Below are positions 35,150-47,334 of a DNA stretch of 64,000 nt, in pieces. Within the stretch, counting starts at the first letter, position 1, and every line of letters begins with the position of its first letter. The notes beneath the pieces were generated by a model. The model saw only the letters and a list, made by a program, of their open reading frames with translations. It had not been told where the DNA came from and made no database searches. This DNA comes from Blastocladiella emersonii ATCC 22665. Taxonomy: Eukaryota > Fungi > Blastocladiomycota. The stretch is taken from NCBI GenBank assembly GCA_025594325.1, contig JANHCV010000016.1:434001-498000 (forward strand), given 5' to 3'. The position numbers and the translations under genes are program-made.

Positions 35150-38100
35150 TCACATCCTGCTCCCGCTCCGCGACAACGTGCGCGCGAGCGTGCTCCGCGC
35201 GAGCGTCACGGGCACCGCCTCGTCGAGCAGGTCGTCGCCGTGCAGCAGCGTCATGGACGTGAACGCCGCGAACGGGTCCTTTTCCGCTTCTTCGCCCGCG
35301 TGCGCCGCCGCCTCGGCCACGACACGCTGGCCCTCGGCCGACGTCGGCTCACGCGGCAACCGCGCCATCCCCGCCGCGCCTGCGGCGCCGCCGCCGCCTG
35401 CGCTCGACGTCGATGTCGCGGGGATCCCGCGCGCCGAGTGCGTCGACGCGCGCGGGGTCGCTGGCGCTGCGCTGATCCGTTTCGGCTCGTCAGCGTCATC
35501 ATCCCCGCCAGGCCACGCGGCTGCCGCTGCGGCCGCGACCGCCGACGCGCGCACACTCGCGACAAGCGCCGCGAGCTTCCCGTTCCCGCCGCGCGCGTCG
35601 CGCGAGGAGCGGGACACGATCCGCGACGTCGTCGAGCTCGCGCGGCGCGACGCGCCCGACGCGCTGCTCCCGCGCGCCGACCCCGCGCCGGTCCGGATCG
35701 CGACGGTTGGCCGCGGAGTCAAAGCGGGGACGGTGATGCGTGGCAGGGCGGCGCCGGTGGTGGCGGTGGACCGGATCGAGGCGGGTTTTGGTGTCGCTGC
35801 AGGGGCGGGGGTGGAAGAGGAGGAGGAGGGGACGGCGGGTGGGGGCGGGAGACCGAGGTCGCGCGGGTCAAACGTCTCCTGGACGAACGCGGACCGGCGC
35901 GAGTCCTCGGACCGGATCTCGCGCGACGTGGCGGCCGAGCGACCGGCACCCGCGTTAACGGATTCCGGAAGGTTGGCGTCGGACATGGTGAGCGCGTCGT
36001 CGGTCCGCGCCAGCGTCGGGGACCCGGGCGTCTCGCCCGCCGCCGCTGCGGCCTCGGACTCGGCCGCGGTCACGGCGTGCGGCGACGCGGCGTTCTCGGC
36101 GTCCATCTCGGACGCGAGCTTGTCGTCGGGAGCGAGCACGTCGAGGACGCCCTGCCACTTGTCGCGGCCGGGGACGAGCGGCGGGGTGAGGTTGCGGAGC
36201 AGCGGCCACGACGTGGACCGGAACCACGCGTGCTCCTTGATCTCCTGGGCGCCGCGGCGCGCGCCGAGCCGCTTCGTCTCGGACTTGTGCAGCAGGCGGC
36301 GGATCAGGGACCGGACCGTGGTCGAGACCGGGTTGGGCGCCACGGGGAACGAGACTTCCTTGCGCAGCACGTTGGCAAACGTCTGGTTGCGGTTCTTGGC
36401 CTTGAACGGCGTGCGCCCGTACAGCAGCTCGTACGTCAGGATCCCGAGGCACCACCAGTCGACGGCGACCGAGTGGCCCTGGCCCTGGATCACCTCGGGC
36501 GCAATGTACTCCTCGGTGCCGACAAACGAGTTGGTGCGGAAGTCGCGCACGTACGCGTCCGTGTCGGGGGCCTCGGTCGGGTCGGCGGCGTGGCCGGGCG
36601 CGAAGAAGGACGAGTGCGGGCGGCGCGGCTCGCCGGCGACCCCGACCATGGCGTTCTTGCTCAGGTCAAAGTCGGTCAGCTTGATGTGCCCGTTGGCGTG
36701 CAGCAGGATGTTCTCGGGCTTGAGGTCGCGGTAGATGAACCCCTGCAGGTGCAGGTACTCGAGCGCCAGCACCACCTCGGCAATGTAGAAGCGCACCTCG
36801 TGCTCGTGCAGGCACCGGCCCGGGCGCGACTGCAGCGCGCGGAAGAACTCGCCGCCCAGGCAGTACTCGAGGCAAAAGTACAGGTTGCGCGGCGTCTGGA
36901 AGCAGTGGTACATGGTGACGAGGAACGGGTGGTTGGACGAGCACTGTTTGGGTTGTCGTGAGTGAACGTCGCAACACGAGGCGAAGAGTAGAGCGGTACC
37001 AGAATCTCGTGCTCGGTGAGGACGCGGTTGACCTTCTTGCGCTTGAGCATCTCGGACTTGGAGAGCACCTTCATGGCGTACAGCTTGTTGGTGCCCTTGC
37101 GGCGCACGAGGTACACCTTGCCGACGTCGCCCTTGCCGAGCAGGCGGATCTTGACAAAGTGCTCGGGCCCAACGACGCTCGGCAGGATGGTGCGCACCGA
37201 CGCCTGCGAGAAGCTGGCGCGCATCTTGAAGAAATACTCGGGCAGCCCGCCGGGCGTCGGCGACGACATGCGCGGGGTCGACGCCGAGATGAAGGGCCGT
37301 GTGCGCGGCAGCGAGTTTTGCCCGGGACCCGGCGACGTGGCGAGCGTCGGCGACGACACGGACCGAACGCCGCCCGTCGGCGTACCCGCCCCGCTCCCCG
37401 GCTGCTGCGGCGATGGGAATCCACCCGCGCTCCCTGCGCGCGCGGGCAGCTGGATGGTCAGGCCGGCGGCCGCGGGCGATCCAGCACGCGGTGACCGCGT
37501 CGGAGACCCGCTCGCGTCGAGGGTGCCGTGCGCGAGCCGTGGCGAGGCCGGTGGGGATGCATTATTGCCGTTGCTGTTGTTACTGGTGCCCCACAGGACG
37601 GCTGACAGCGAGGTGATGAGCGGGTTGCGCGCGAGGTGCGGCGCCTGGACGTGCAGGTCGCCAATGGCCGAGTTGGGCCGCGCCTGCGCGGCTGCGGCAG
37701 CGCCGTTGGTGGCGGGTGCACCCGTGGACCGCGGCGGGGCGCGCAGCATGGCGCTGTCCGAGACGGTGCGGTTGAGTGCGCGCGGCGACGTGGGCGAGGT
37801 GGCGTCGGCCGCGGCGGCGTGCGGTATCCGGTGACCGGTGGCGGCGGCCGCATCGCCGTTGTGTGGTGGCGACGCGCCGTGGCTGCGCGGCAGCGTTGCG
37901 GCGGACGGCAGCCGCGGCGAAACGGGCAGCGGTACAGCACGGTCCTCGTCGCCGGCGGGGGCGTGGTTCGACGACGAGGTGAACTTGTCGCGCAGAAAGT
38001 TGGTGAGCCGCTTGAGCGACTTGGACCGCATCATGGACGACCCGCCTGCCTTGGGCGCATGCGCGGATGACGACGACGATGACGAGGCGGCCGTCGCCTC

Positions 38101-38193
38101 GGAGGACAGCGCGGGCGAGGCTGATCCGCGGCGGGCATCACTCGCGGCGGCGGCGAGGCCAGCGGCGGGCTCGGCGGCGCCCGGAGATGTCAT
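35150..38193 (-). CDS. AGC Ser/Thr kinase, Kin82/Fpk1/Nrc-2 (phototropin-related) subfamily, 2 exons
   Basis: Motifs LLGKGDVGKVYLV, YAMKVLSK, YRDLKPENILL, LTDFDLS, RTNSFVGTEEYIAPE and VDWWCLGIL. Intron 36944-36999. Confidence 0.92.
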
Positions 38194-38750
38194 GGCTGGT
38201 CGTGGTTGGCAGTAGCAGTAGCGGGTCTCAGTGGTGCGTGGTCTCGAGCTGGTGGTGATACATGGGCGGCCGCGGCCTGGTTGACGATGCAGAGAGGAAA
38301 GGAAGGATAGCAGAAGCGCCCGGCGAGGAAGGTTGCGCCTCGGTGGTGCACTATTCGGCGCGCTATCTGCGCCATGCCGCCCATCCGCATGGGGCCACGA
38401 TAAGCCACTGGCGCACGTGCGCTCACCCGACGCTGCCGCCAGCGCTCGTTCGCGCGCCGTCTTCTTCAGCGGTGGCCAAGTCATCCGCGCCGCGCCCTCC
38501 CCTCACGCTCACGCAGGTCGCTGCCCTGCCCCGCTCCACGCACCGACACTCGCCGCACCGCGTGCGCGAGACCCCGCTGCACCCAGTCCCCGCTCGCCCG
38601 GCACCCGCGCGCTGCCCCGCGCCGCCGAACCCGAGTCCTGCCTGCTGGTGTGTGTGTGCCTGTGTTGCACGCTGCTGGAGCGCAGCGTTTCGGGGAAGAT
38701 GGAGAGAGACTGAACATGGCTGCCGTCTAGTCATACCCACCGCCCGCACC

Positions 38751-41700
38751 ATGTCGTACGACGACCCGCTCGCCTCCTTCGGCGGCTTCGGCTCGCCGAC
38801 GCACGGCGGCGGCGCGTTTGGCGCGGGCTCCTCGTCCGAGCAGATCACGCCCGAGCACTGCTGGGCCGTCATCGACTCCTTCTTCGAGGGCAAGGGCCTC
38901 GTGTCGCAGCAGATCGACTCGTACGAGGACTTTGTCAAGAACGAGATCCAGGTCATTGTCGACGAGACCCCGCGCCTCGTGCTGCAGCAGGCGCCCAAGT
39001 ACACGGGCGACGACGCCGCCGGCCGCCTGCGCCACGAGATCTCGTTTGGCCAGGTCTACCTGTCCAAGCCGACCAACGTCGACACCTTCGGCATCCGCCC
39101 GCTCTTCCCACAAGAGGCGCGTGCCCGCAACATGACCTACACGGCCCCGCTGCTCATGGACATCACCAAGCGCACTCTGCGCGAGAACACCGACGCCGTC
39201 GACGGCGACTCGGACGACGTGCGCTGGCGGGCCACCGGCACCGAGACGTGCGAGCGCGTCAACGTCGGCAAGATCCCCGTCATGGTCGGCTCCGAGTTCT
39301 GCAACCTGCACGGCCTCGGCGAGCTCGAGCTCGCCGCCGCCGGCGAGTGCTCCTTCGACAAGGGCGGCTACTTCATCATCAACGGCTCCGAGAAGGTGAT
39401 CATCGCCCAGGAGCGCACCGCCACCAACACCGTCTTCGTCTTCTCCAAGTCGGCGCCCTCGCCCATCCTGTACCAGGCCGAGATCCGCTCGCAGGCCGAG
39501 ACGGGCGCCCGCACCATGTCGTCCTTCATCGTCAAGCTCAACCGCAGCAACGAGATCACCTGCTCGCTACCTTACATTCTCGAGGACATCCCCATTGTCA
39601 TCCTGTTCCGCGCGCTCGGCCTCGCCTCGGACCGCGAGATCCTCGAGCGCATCTGCTACGACTTTGGCGACGACCAGATGATGGAGATGCTCAAGCCGTG
39701 CATCGAGCACGCCGACATCATCCACGACCGCGAGGTCGCCCTCGACTACATTGGCCGCCGCGGCCGCAACACCAACCTGCCGCGCGACCAGCGCATCCGG
39801 TACGCGCACGACCTGCTCGAGCGCGAGCTGCTGCCGCACATTGGCACCACGCCCGGCGGCGAGACCCGCAAGGCCTTCTTCATCGGCTACATGGTCCACC
39901 GCATGCTGCTCGCCGCGCTCGGCCGCCGCCCCGTCGACGACCGCGACCACTTCGGGAAGAAGCGACTCGACCTCGCGGGCCCGCTCCTCGCCTCGCTGTT
40001 CAAGACCTTCTTCCAGAAGTTCGTCAAGGACATCAACCGCAACTTCCACCAGGCCGTCGAGAAGTCGGCCGAGGAGTCCTTCACCATCACCCAGTGCGTC
40101 AACCCCAATACCATCACCAACGGGCTCCGGTACGCGCTCGCCACGGGCAACTGGGGCGACCAGAAAAAGTTCATGGAGACGCGCGCCGGCGTGTCGCAGG
40201 TCCTCAACCGCTACACGTTCGCGTCCACGCTGTCGCACCTGCGCCGCCTCAACACGCCCATTGGCCGCGAGGGCAAGCTCGCCAAGCCGCGCCAGCTGCA
40301 CAACACGCACTGGGGCATGGTGTGCCCCGCCGAGACGCCCGAGGGCCAGGCGTGTGGGCTCGTCAAGAACCTCGCGCTCATGGCGTACGTGTCGGTCGGG
40401 TCCCCCTCGGGCCCCGTGCGCCAGGTGCTCGAGGAGTGGGCCGTCGAGAACCTCGAGGAGATCTCGTCGTCGTCGCTCATCCACCACACCAAGGTGTTTG
40501 TCAACGGCGCGTGGATCGGGATCCACCGCGAGCCCAACTCGCTGATCGAGACGCTGCGCGGGATGCGGCGCGAGAACACGGGCCTGCACCCGGAAATCTC
40601 CATCGTCCGCGACATCCGCGACAACGAGATCCGCATCTACACAGACACGGGCCGGATCATGCGGCCGCTGTTCGTGGTGCACGAGGACCAGCACCTGCTG
40701 CTGCGCAACGAGCACGTGGTGCGGCTCATGGACGAGATGGACGAGTACGGGTGGGAGGACCTGCTGCACGAGGGCATCGTCGAGTACATGGACACGGAGG
40801 AGGAGGAGATGGCCATGATCTGCATGACGCCCGAGGACCTGGCCGAGTCGCGCGGCGACCCCGTCGTCGACAAGTCCAAGACCGACAAGACGGCGCGGCT
40901 CAAGTCGCGCAAGCCCGGCGAGTACTGCAAGAAGTGGTCGCACTGCGAGATCCACCCGTCCATGATCCTCGGCATCTGCGCATCCATCGTCCCCTTCCCC
41001 GACCACAACCAGTCGCCGCGTAACACGTACCAGTCGGCCATGGGCAAGCAGGCCATGGGCGTGTACCTGACCAACTTTCAGCACCGCATGGACACGCTGG
41101 CCAACCTGCTGTACTACCCGCAGCGGCCGCTGGTCGCGACGCGCGCCATGAAGTACCTGCGGTTCCGCGAGCTCCCCGCGGGGCAGAACGCGATCGTGGC
41201 GATCGCGTGCTACTCGGGGTACAACCAGGAGGACTCGATCATCATGAACCAGTCGTCCATCGACCGCGGGCTGTTCCGGTCCATCTACTACCGGTCGTAT
41301 TTCGACGCGGAGAAGGCGGTCGGGGCCAAGGAGCACGAGACGTTCGAGAAGCCGACACGCGAGTCGACGCTCAAGCTGCGGCGCGGCGACTACTCGCTGC
41401 TCGACGAGGACGGCGTGATCGCGCCCGGCACGCTGGTCAAGGGCGAGGACATCATCATCGGCAAGACGGCGCCCCTCCCGCTGGACAGCAACGAGATGGG
41501 CACGCGCACGACGCAGACCAAGCGCGACGTGTCGACGGCGCTCAAGTCGACGGAGCGCGGGTACGTCGACCACGTGCTCGTGACGACCAACCAGGAGGGG
41601 TTCAAGTCGGTCAAGGTCCGCGTGCGGTCGACGCGCGTGCCGCAGATGGGCGACAAGTTTGCGTCGCGGCACGGGCAGAAGGGCACGGTGGGCATGACGT

Positions 41701-42380
41701 ACCGGCAGGAGGACATGCCGTTCACGGCGGACGGGATCACGCCCGACCTGATCGTCAACCCGCACGCGATCCCGTCGCGCATGACGATCGGGCATCTCGT
41801 CGAGTGCATCCTGTCCAAGGTCGGGTCGCTGGTCGGGACCGAGGGCGACGCGACGCCGTTCACGGACCTGACGCTGCAGGAGATCTCGGACCGGCTGCGG
41901 CAGTGCGGGTACCAGCAGCGCGGGTTCGAGATCATGTACAACGGGCACACGGGCAAGAAGCTGCAGGCGCAGGTCTTCTTCGGGCCGACCTACTACCAGC
42001 GGCTGAAGCACATGGTCGACGACAAGATCCACAGCCGCGCGCGCGGGCCGCAGCAGATCCTGACGCGGCAGCCGGTCGAGGGCCGGTCGCGCGACGGCGG
42101 GCTGCGGTTCGGCGAGATGGAGCGCGACTGCTTCATCGCGCACGGCGCGGCGCAGTTCCTGCGCGACCGGCTGTTTATCAACTCGGACGCGTTCCGCGTG
42201 CACGTGTGCGACCTGTGCGGCCTGTTCGCGATCGCGGCGCCCAACAAGTACGAGTGCAAGTCGTGCTCCAACTCGGCCAAGATCTCGCAGGTGTTCATGC
42301 CGTACGCCGCCAAGCTGCTGTTCCAGGAGCTCATGGCCATGAACATTGCGCCCCGGCTCGTGCTCATGGAGCGGACGTGA
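38751..42380 (+). CDS. RPB2: RNA polymerase II second-largest subunit, apparently intronless
   Basis: Motifs [63 protein letters not shown] and [11 protein letters not shown]. Confidence 0.99.
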   Translation: MSYDDPLASFGGFGSPTHGGGAFGAGSSSEQITPEHCWAVIDSFFEGKGLVSQQIDSYEDFVKNEIQVIVDETPRLVLQQAPKYTGDDAAGRLRHEISFGQVYLSKPTNVDTFGIRPLFPQEARARNMTYTAPLLMDITKRTLRENTDAVDGDSDDVRWRATGTETCERVNVGKIPVMVGSEFCNLHGLGELELAAAGECSFDKGGYFIINGSEKVIIAQERTATNTVFVFSKSAPSPILYQAEIRSQAETGARTMSSFIVKLNRSNEITCSLPYILEDIPIVILFRALGLASDREILERICYDFGDDQMMEMLKPCIEHADIIHDREVALDYIGRRGRNTNLPRDQRIRYAHDLLERELLPHIGTTPGGETRKAFFIGYMVHRMLLAALGRRPVDDRDHFGKKRLDLAGPLLASLFKTFFQKFVKDINRNFHQAVEKSAEESFTITQCVNPNTITNGLRYALATGNWGDQKKFMETRAGVSQVLNRYTFASTLSHLRRLNTPIGREGKLAKPRQLHNTHWGMVCPAETPEGQACGLVKNLALMAYVSVGSPSGPVRQVLEEWAVENLEEISSSSLIHHTKVFVNGAWIGIHREPNSLIETLRGMRRENTGLHPEISIVRDIRDNEIRIYTDTGRIMRPLFVVHEDQHLLLRNEHVVRLMDEMDEYGWEDLLHEGIVEYMDTEEEEMAMICMTPEDLAESRGDPVVDKSKTDKTARLKSRKPGEYCKKWSHCEIHPSMILGICASIVPFPDHNQSPRNTYQSAMGKQAMGVYLTNFQHRMDTLANLLYYPQRPLVATRAMKYLRFRELPAGQNAIVAIACYSGYNQEDSIIMNQSSIDRGLFRSIYYRSYFDAEKAVGAKEHETFEKPTRESTLKLRRGDYSLLDEDGVIAPGTLVKGEDIIIGKTAPLPLDSNEMGTRTTQTKRDVSTALKSTERGYVDHVLVTTNQEGFKSVKVRVRSTRVPQMGDKFASRHGQKGTVGMTYRQEDMPFTADGITPDLIVNPHAIPSRMTIGHLVECILSKVGSLVGTEGDATPFTDLTLQEISDRLRQCGYQQRGFEIMYNGHTGKKLQAQVFFGPTYYQRLKHMVDDKIHSRARGPQQILTRQPVEGRSRDGGLRFGEMERDCFIAHGAAQFLRDRLFINSDAFRVHVCDLCGLFAIAAPNKYECKSCSNSAKISQVFMPYAAKLLFQELMAMNIAPRLVLMERT

Positions 42381-42778
42381 GGCGTGTGTCTATGTGTGTG
42401 TGCGAATGGAATGGTTGATTATTGCTACTTTGGTCGTCATGGAATCGTGTCTCGCACCGCGCGCGCAAAGTGTCTCGCGGCGGCGACGGGGTCAGGCGAG
42501 TCAACGTGAGCCGGCGCGGGGCGCTGCAGCCAGAGCGCGCGAAGTGGAGCGAACCGAGGGGGGCCGGGGACCGGTATATAACCCAGCAGGGCCCCCCGAG
42601 GCCGTCTACGCTCCCGCACGCACGCATCGACACGCACTACCACGAAGCATCCGCCGCGCGGCCCGCTCGACGACGCGACCGATCGCGCGCGCTAACCGTT
42701 GCGCGACCGACCCGGCGCACCCTTCCCACGACTTGACTATATCTACACGACACCGTGCAACCCGTCGTCGTCGCCGCC

Positions 42779-44424
42779 ATGGATGTACGTCGCCATCGCT
42801 AGAGTGCGGAACCCGCGCGATCCGTGACTCACCCTTTCGTGGGCCTCTCCAGTTTGACGAGCTCATGCGGCTGGCCGAGCAGCAGTCGCGCGCGAGCGAC
42901 AGCGCGGCCGAGCAGCTCAAGGCCCGCAAGGAGGCCGACGAGGCGCGCCGCCGCCGCGAGGAGCGCGAGCGCCGCGACGAGCAGGACCGCATCCAGCGCA
43001 TGAAGGAGGCGGCCGAGCGCGCCCGCCAGCAGGCCGCCCGCGCCGACAAGGAGGTCGCGCTCGTTCGCCGTAACCTCGCGCCGTCGCCTGCACCCGCCGT
43101 GGCGGCTGCCGCGGCACCGGCTAGGGCGAAGCGGCGCGCCGAAGATGGTGACGGCGATCGGAGGCCGGCCAAACGGCCCGCGTCGTCCGCGTCGTCGCGG
43201 CCCACCAACGGCCGGTCCTCGGCTCCGCTCGGATCCCCGCCCGCGCGCCCGCTCTCGTTCGACGAGCTCATGAACGCCGCCGGCAAGGTCCGCCCCGACG
43301 ACCTGCGCGCCGTCACGGTGAAATCGGCGCGCACGCGGTCGCCGTCCCCACCACCACCTCGACCACGGCACCGCGACGATGCTACGCGGCGTGACCCTCC
43401 CCGCTCGCGGGCCGACGACCGTGACCGTGACCGTGACCGTGACCGTGACCGAGATCGCGCAAGGCCGCCACCATCTCGATCTGCTGCTGCTGGTTCATCC
43501 TCCTCGAGCGACCGCCCGCCCGTGCGACGATCGGCGGGCGACCTGCCTGCCCTTCCTTCCTCTGCCGCTTCGTCGTCGCGCCCACGCCCGCCAGTATCGC
43601 AGTCCGCCTCGGGCGTCGGCCGGCTCCCGCCACCACCACGGCCACGAAACCGTTCCCCTCCCCCAGTCCGGCGCCGGTCTCGATCCCGCTCGCCCGTGTC
43701 CCGCTCGTCGCGCGACCCGCCACCAAGGCGACCGCCAACAGACACCCGCCGCCCATCTGCCTCGTCTGCCGCACCCGCTCGCCGCCGCATGCGCTCCGTC
43801 TCGCCCCCGCCACCACCACGGCCGCGCGACCCGGCGTCGCGCCCGCCCGTGCAGCGGACTGGGTCCGGCTCGTCGTCGGCATCCGCGAGCCGACCGCCCG
43901 TGCAGCGCAGTACCAGCACGGTCCCCGGTGCACCACGACCGCCCGTCTCGCGGTCCGGTGCGTCGTCCGCGGGCGCTGTGGGCGGGGCTCGTCGACCACC
44001 CGTCTCCGCCGGTGCGTCGCGCCCACCCGTCTCGGCTCGCGCAGGCTCCGGTGCCGCGCCGCGCCGCCCGCTCCCGCCCGGCAGCCGCCGCCCCGACTCG
44101 CGCAGCACGGCGCGGCGCGGGCGCGACGCGTACGACGACGAGGACGACGACATGGACAGTTTCATCGAGGATGACGAGGACGACGACGGGTACGGGTACG
44201 GCCACGACGAGGACACGAACGTGTCGTCGGTGATCGCTGGCCTGTTCGGCCGCCGCCACCTCCGCCCCATCCTGTACTCGGACGACGAGGACATGGAGGC
44301 GTCGTACGGCGATGCCTTCAACGAGGAGAGGCGGTCTGAACTCCTCGCGCGGAAGGAGGACGAGCGCGCGGAGGCCGAGGAGCGCGAGCGCCGCAGAAAG
44401 CGCAAGGAGTTGGCGAGGAGGTGA
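42779..44424 (+). CDS. SPT2: Spt2 chromatin protein
   Basis: A 6-nt first exon and intron 42785-42852 give MDFDELM. The C-terminal DSFIEDD...DMEASY...EERRSELLARKED is the SPT2 signature. Confidence 0.8.
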
Positions 44425-44716
44425 GATGAAAATATACTTTGATGGCGTGTCAATCTTTCTCGTTTGTGGTGCTCAGTGTTGAGCGTGCCGTGGTCGATGC
44501 GTGTGAGGGCTAAGTTCAGTGGAAGATGGTTCTGAAGTAGCGAGCGAGTCGAGACGGCAGAGGGGAGGTCGGAGCGTCGCGTACGCGACGGTCATCGACG
44601 CGTGACCGCGTTCCCGATGCACGCTCTCTCGCTCGCGTTGTGCAGCCAGCGTCATTGAATGCCGAATGATGGTGTATTATGTACAGGGGGCACAATGGGA
44701 GAATGATACAAGCGCC

Positions 44717-46900
44717 TTACTCCTCGGCGTACGACGGGTCGACGAGCGACGGGACCGGCAGCCCCGCGCGGTGCTGGAGAATCTTCTTCTGGATGTGGGG
44801 CCAGAAGTGCTTGACGCCGTACGCCTCGACGAGCTCGGGCCGCGTCCAGTCGTTGCCGTGGACGTGGCCGCGGCACGTCGCGGCGCCGCAGTTGCACTTG
44901 AACAGCGGGCGAGGCTCAGCGTCGGCCGTCGCATAGTCGAACGTCAGCTCGTCGCCCTTCTTGATGTCGCGGCGCGCGACCATCGTGTCGTAGCCCGTGT
45001 AGACCAGGTTCGGGTCGCAGTTGTGGTTGGTGAAGTAGCTCGGGTCCTCGTCGTACAGCGGCGGCGCGATCCACACGTCGTCCTCGGCCTGCTCGCCCAT
45101 GTGGTTGATGAAGGCCACGCGCCACGGCGCCATGGCCGCAATGTCGACTTCGTGCCGCAGGTACGTCTCGATCGGCCCGCGGAATAGCACCTCGCCCGCC
45201 GCAATGTCGGCCCCGGCAAACTGCCCGCGGCCCGCCGTCGGCGACGAACGCACCTCGACCTTGGGGCTCATGTAGTAGTCGTTGCCGTGGTACCACAGGT
45301 CGACGAGTGGCGCGCCCGCGGCACCCGCAGTCTCGTAGCTCGGACGCCCGCGCGGCACCGTAGTCCCGACCGTCCGCTTCGCCGTCAGCTCCTCGGCCAG
45401 GAACCCGAGCACCTCCTCGGGCGATGTCTCCTTGGCCGCGTACGACGAGTACTCGGCCGCCGCGTATCCGAGCTTCGGGTACGCGCGCAGCGTGAAGTGG
45501 CCGTCGCGCAGCGTCGCCGAGACCATGACGGCAGCCGCCGCCGGGTCGTCCTTGAACGCCGCCAGGTTCTCGTCCTCCTCGTCCTCGTCGTCGTACACGT
45601 CGAGCGCGACCACGGTCGCGTGCGAGAACTCGAGTCCACGGCGCACCGCAGCCACCAGGTCCGACGTGTCGTCGAGCAGCTCCTTGTCGCAGTCGAAGTA
45701 CTCGCGCAGCAGCGTCGCCCCGGGCACGGAGTCCGCGCGCATGCTGCCGGCGTGCTCGGACGGCGCGTACGACTTCTTGGCATCCGCATCAGCGGGCCGG
45801 TGCGCGTCGAGGACCGCGCGCACGCGCTTGCGCAGGGCGAGCGGGAGGTGGAACATGCCGAGGTGCGACTCGCCGTCGTAGTGGTCGAGGTCCTCGGACC
45901 CGTCGAACACGCGGCGCCGGATGTTGGCGTCGACGAGCGCCGGGCTCATGGCCGTCGGCGCGAGGTGCAGGTCCGACTGCGTCGCGTAGTAGAACTGGAA
46001 TGTCGAACCGACGCTCTCGACGCGCTGCGCGGCAACGTGAACGTGCGGGAACTGGCGCGCAAGGGCAGGGAGGAGGCCGAGACTCGTCGTGTCGCGCTCC
46101 GCGGCCGCGACCACGCCGCCGGGCGCCAGGAGCACGTCCGCGACGTGCGACAGGTGCGCGGCCGACGCCGCGACGTGGTCGACGAGCACCACGTCGTACT
46201 TGGCGTGCTGGCCCGACGACGCCCGCGACAGGAACGACTCGACGGTGACGTGCTTGACGCGGGCTTTGCGCAGAATGTCCGACACGTCGTCGTACTTGAA
46301 CTCGGCCGTCGTGTTGGCCGCAACCTCGATGTCGTAGTACGACTCGACGCGCGCCGTGTCACGAGCGGCGGCGCCCGACGCCGTCTCTTGGTCGAGGCCG
46401 GACACCCACACGATGTCGGTTAGCGTGAAGTGGCGAAGCGCCTCGGCGACCACCGACGCGCCGAGCGGGCCGAGGATGAGCACCTTGCGGGGCGTCGGGT
46501 CTAAGGCGCGCACCGTGTCAGTTCATGGAGGGCTTGCCGCTGCAGAGCCAAGTAACGTACGCCAGAGAAGCGCTGCATGCGTGAGCGACTCGGACCACAC
46601 GCGCTCGTCCGCGGGGCACAGCTGCGGCACGCCGCCGAGGACGAGGCAGTCGGCCGTCCGCGTCGGAGTGCGCGAGGCCGCCGCGGGTGCGGGCGCCGGA
46701 CTCGGGGCCAGGAACGACGCGGGCTGGATGGACTGCGGCGTGCCGTCGAGGTTGACGGTGATGGAGATGTAGCCGAGGCTCGCAAGCGTGGCGACCGACG
46801 CCAGGACCGCTAGGGCGGCAGTACCCGTCCACGACGACGCCGATGGCGCGACCTTGGAAGTCGAAGGCCGTGACGACGCGGCGCGAGACGTGGTTGACAT
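44717..46900 (-). CDS. Fusion A (707 aa): N-terminal TM anchor, degenerate spermidine-synthase-like domain, degenerate prokaryotic-type AdoMetDC domain, SET + post-SET methyltransferase
   Basis: Intron 46501-46560 gives ESLTHAALLW-HPTPRKVLILG. AdoMetDC-like segment EYFDCDKELLDD...LRDGHFTLRAYPKLGYAA...PRG. SET motifs GRGQFA, FTNHNCDPN, ELTFDY and CNCGAATCRG. Confidence 0.85.
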
Positions 46901-47334
46901 GATGTTGAGGGACTGCGCCAGCGCAGCGAAACAAGTTCCGAGTATTCTTGTGAGGGGAGCGGGGGCAGGCGCGGGGCACAGCCCGCTTTTGACGCTCGCC
47001 GAACGGCGCGGTCAAGCGAGTCATGATGCTGAACTGCGCCACGCGAAACCATGGCTAAGCCACCACCAGAGCCACCACGCGCCGCGAGCGTGATGAGCCG
47101 CGACAGGCCATCGCGCGACACGAGCGGGAGGCCGGGCGCACGGTCGAAGCACGCGCGCGGCCCTCTCACGAGTGGGCGTGCTGCCCGCGGCCGCCGCCTC
47201 GCTCTGCACGAGCGACCCGTACGACTCTGTGCCCTCGAGGACTCTGCGCCCGCCCGCCTGCTGCTCTTCGCGTGCTACCACCGACGCCGTCCCCAGCCAG
47301 CGCGACGGCGACCACTCGCACCACCGCCATCATC

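Noticed and set aside
38262-38750. 163-aa N-terminal extension of RPB2 in the ORF track
   Set aside because: Non-homologous, promoter/UTR-like sequence. ATG 38751 has a good context and gives a normal-length (1209-aa) protein.
39567-42203. 878-aa antisense ORF over RPB2, plus similar long shadow ORFs (6718-8958, 33343-35082, 50801-52486, 54737-56731)
   Set aside because: Expected by-products of very high GC3 (few stops on the opposite strand). They are Arg/Gly/Val-rich with no domain motifs.
43415-43452. GACCGT tandem repeat; also GGGCAC repeats near 7975-8000 and CAG runs
   Set aside because: Coding microsatellites (RD, PV and Q tracts) with no spacers, so not CRISPR or satellite arrays.
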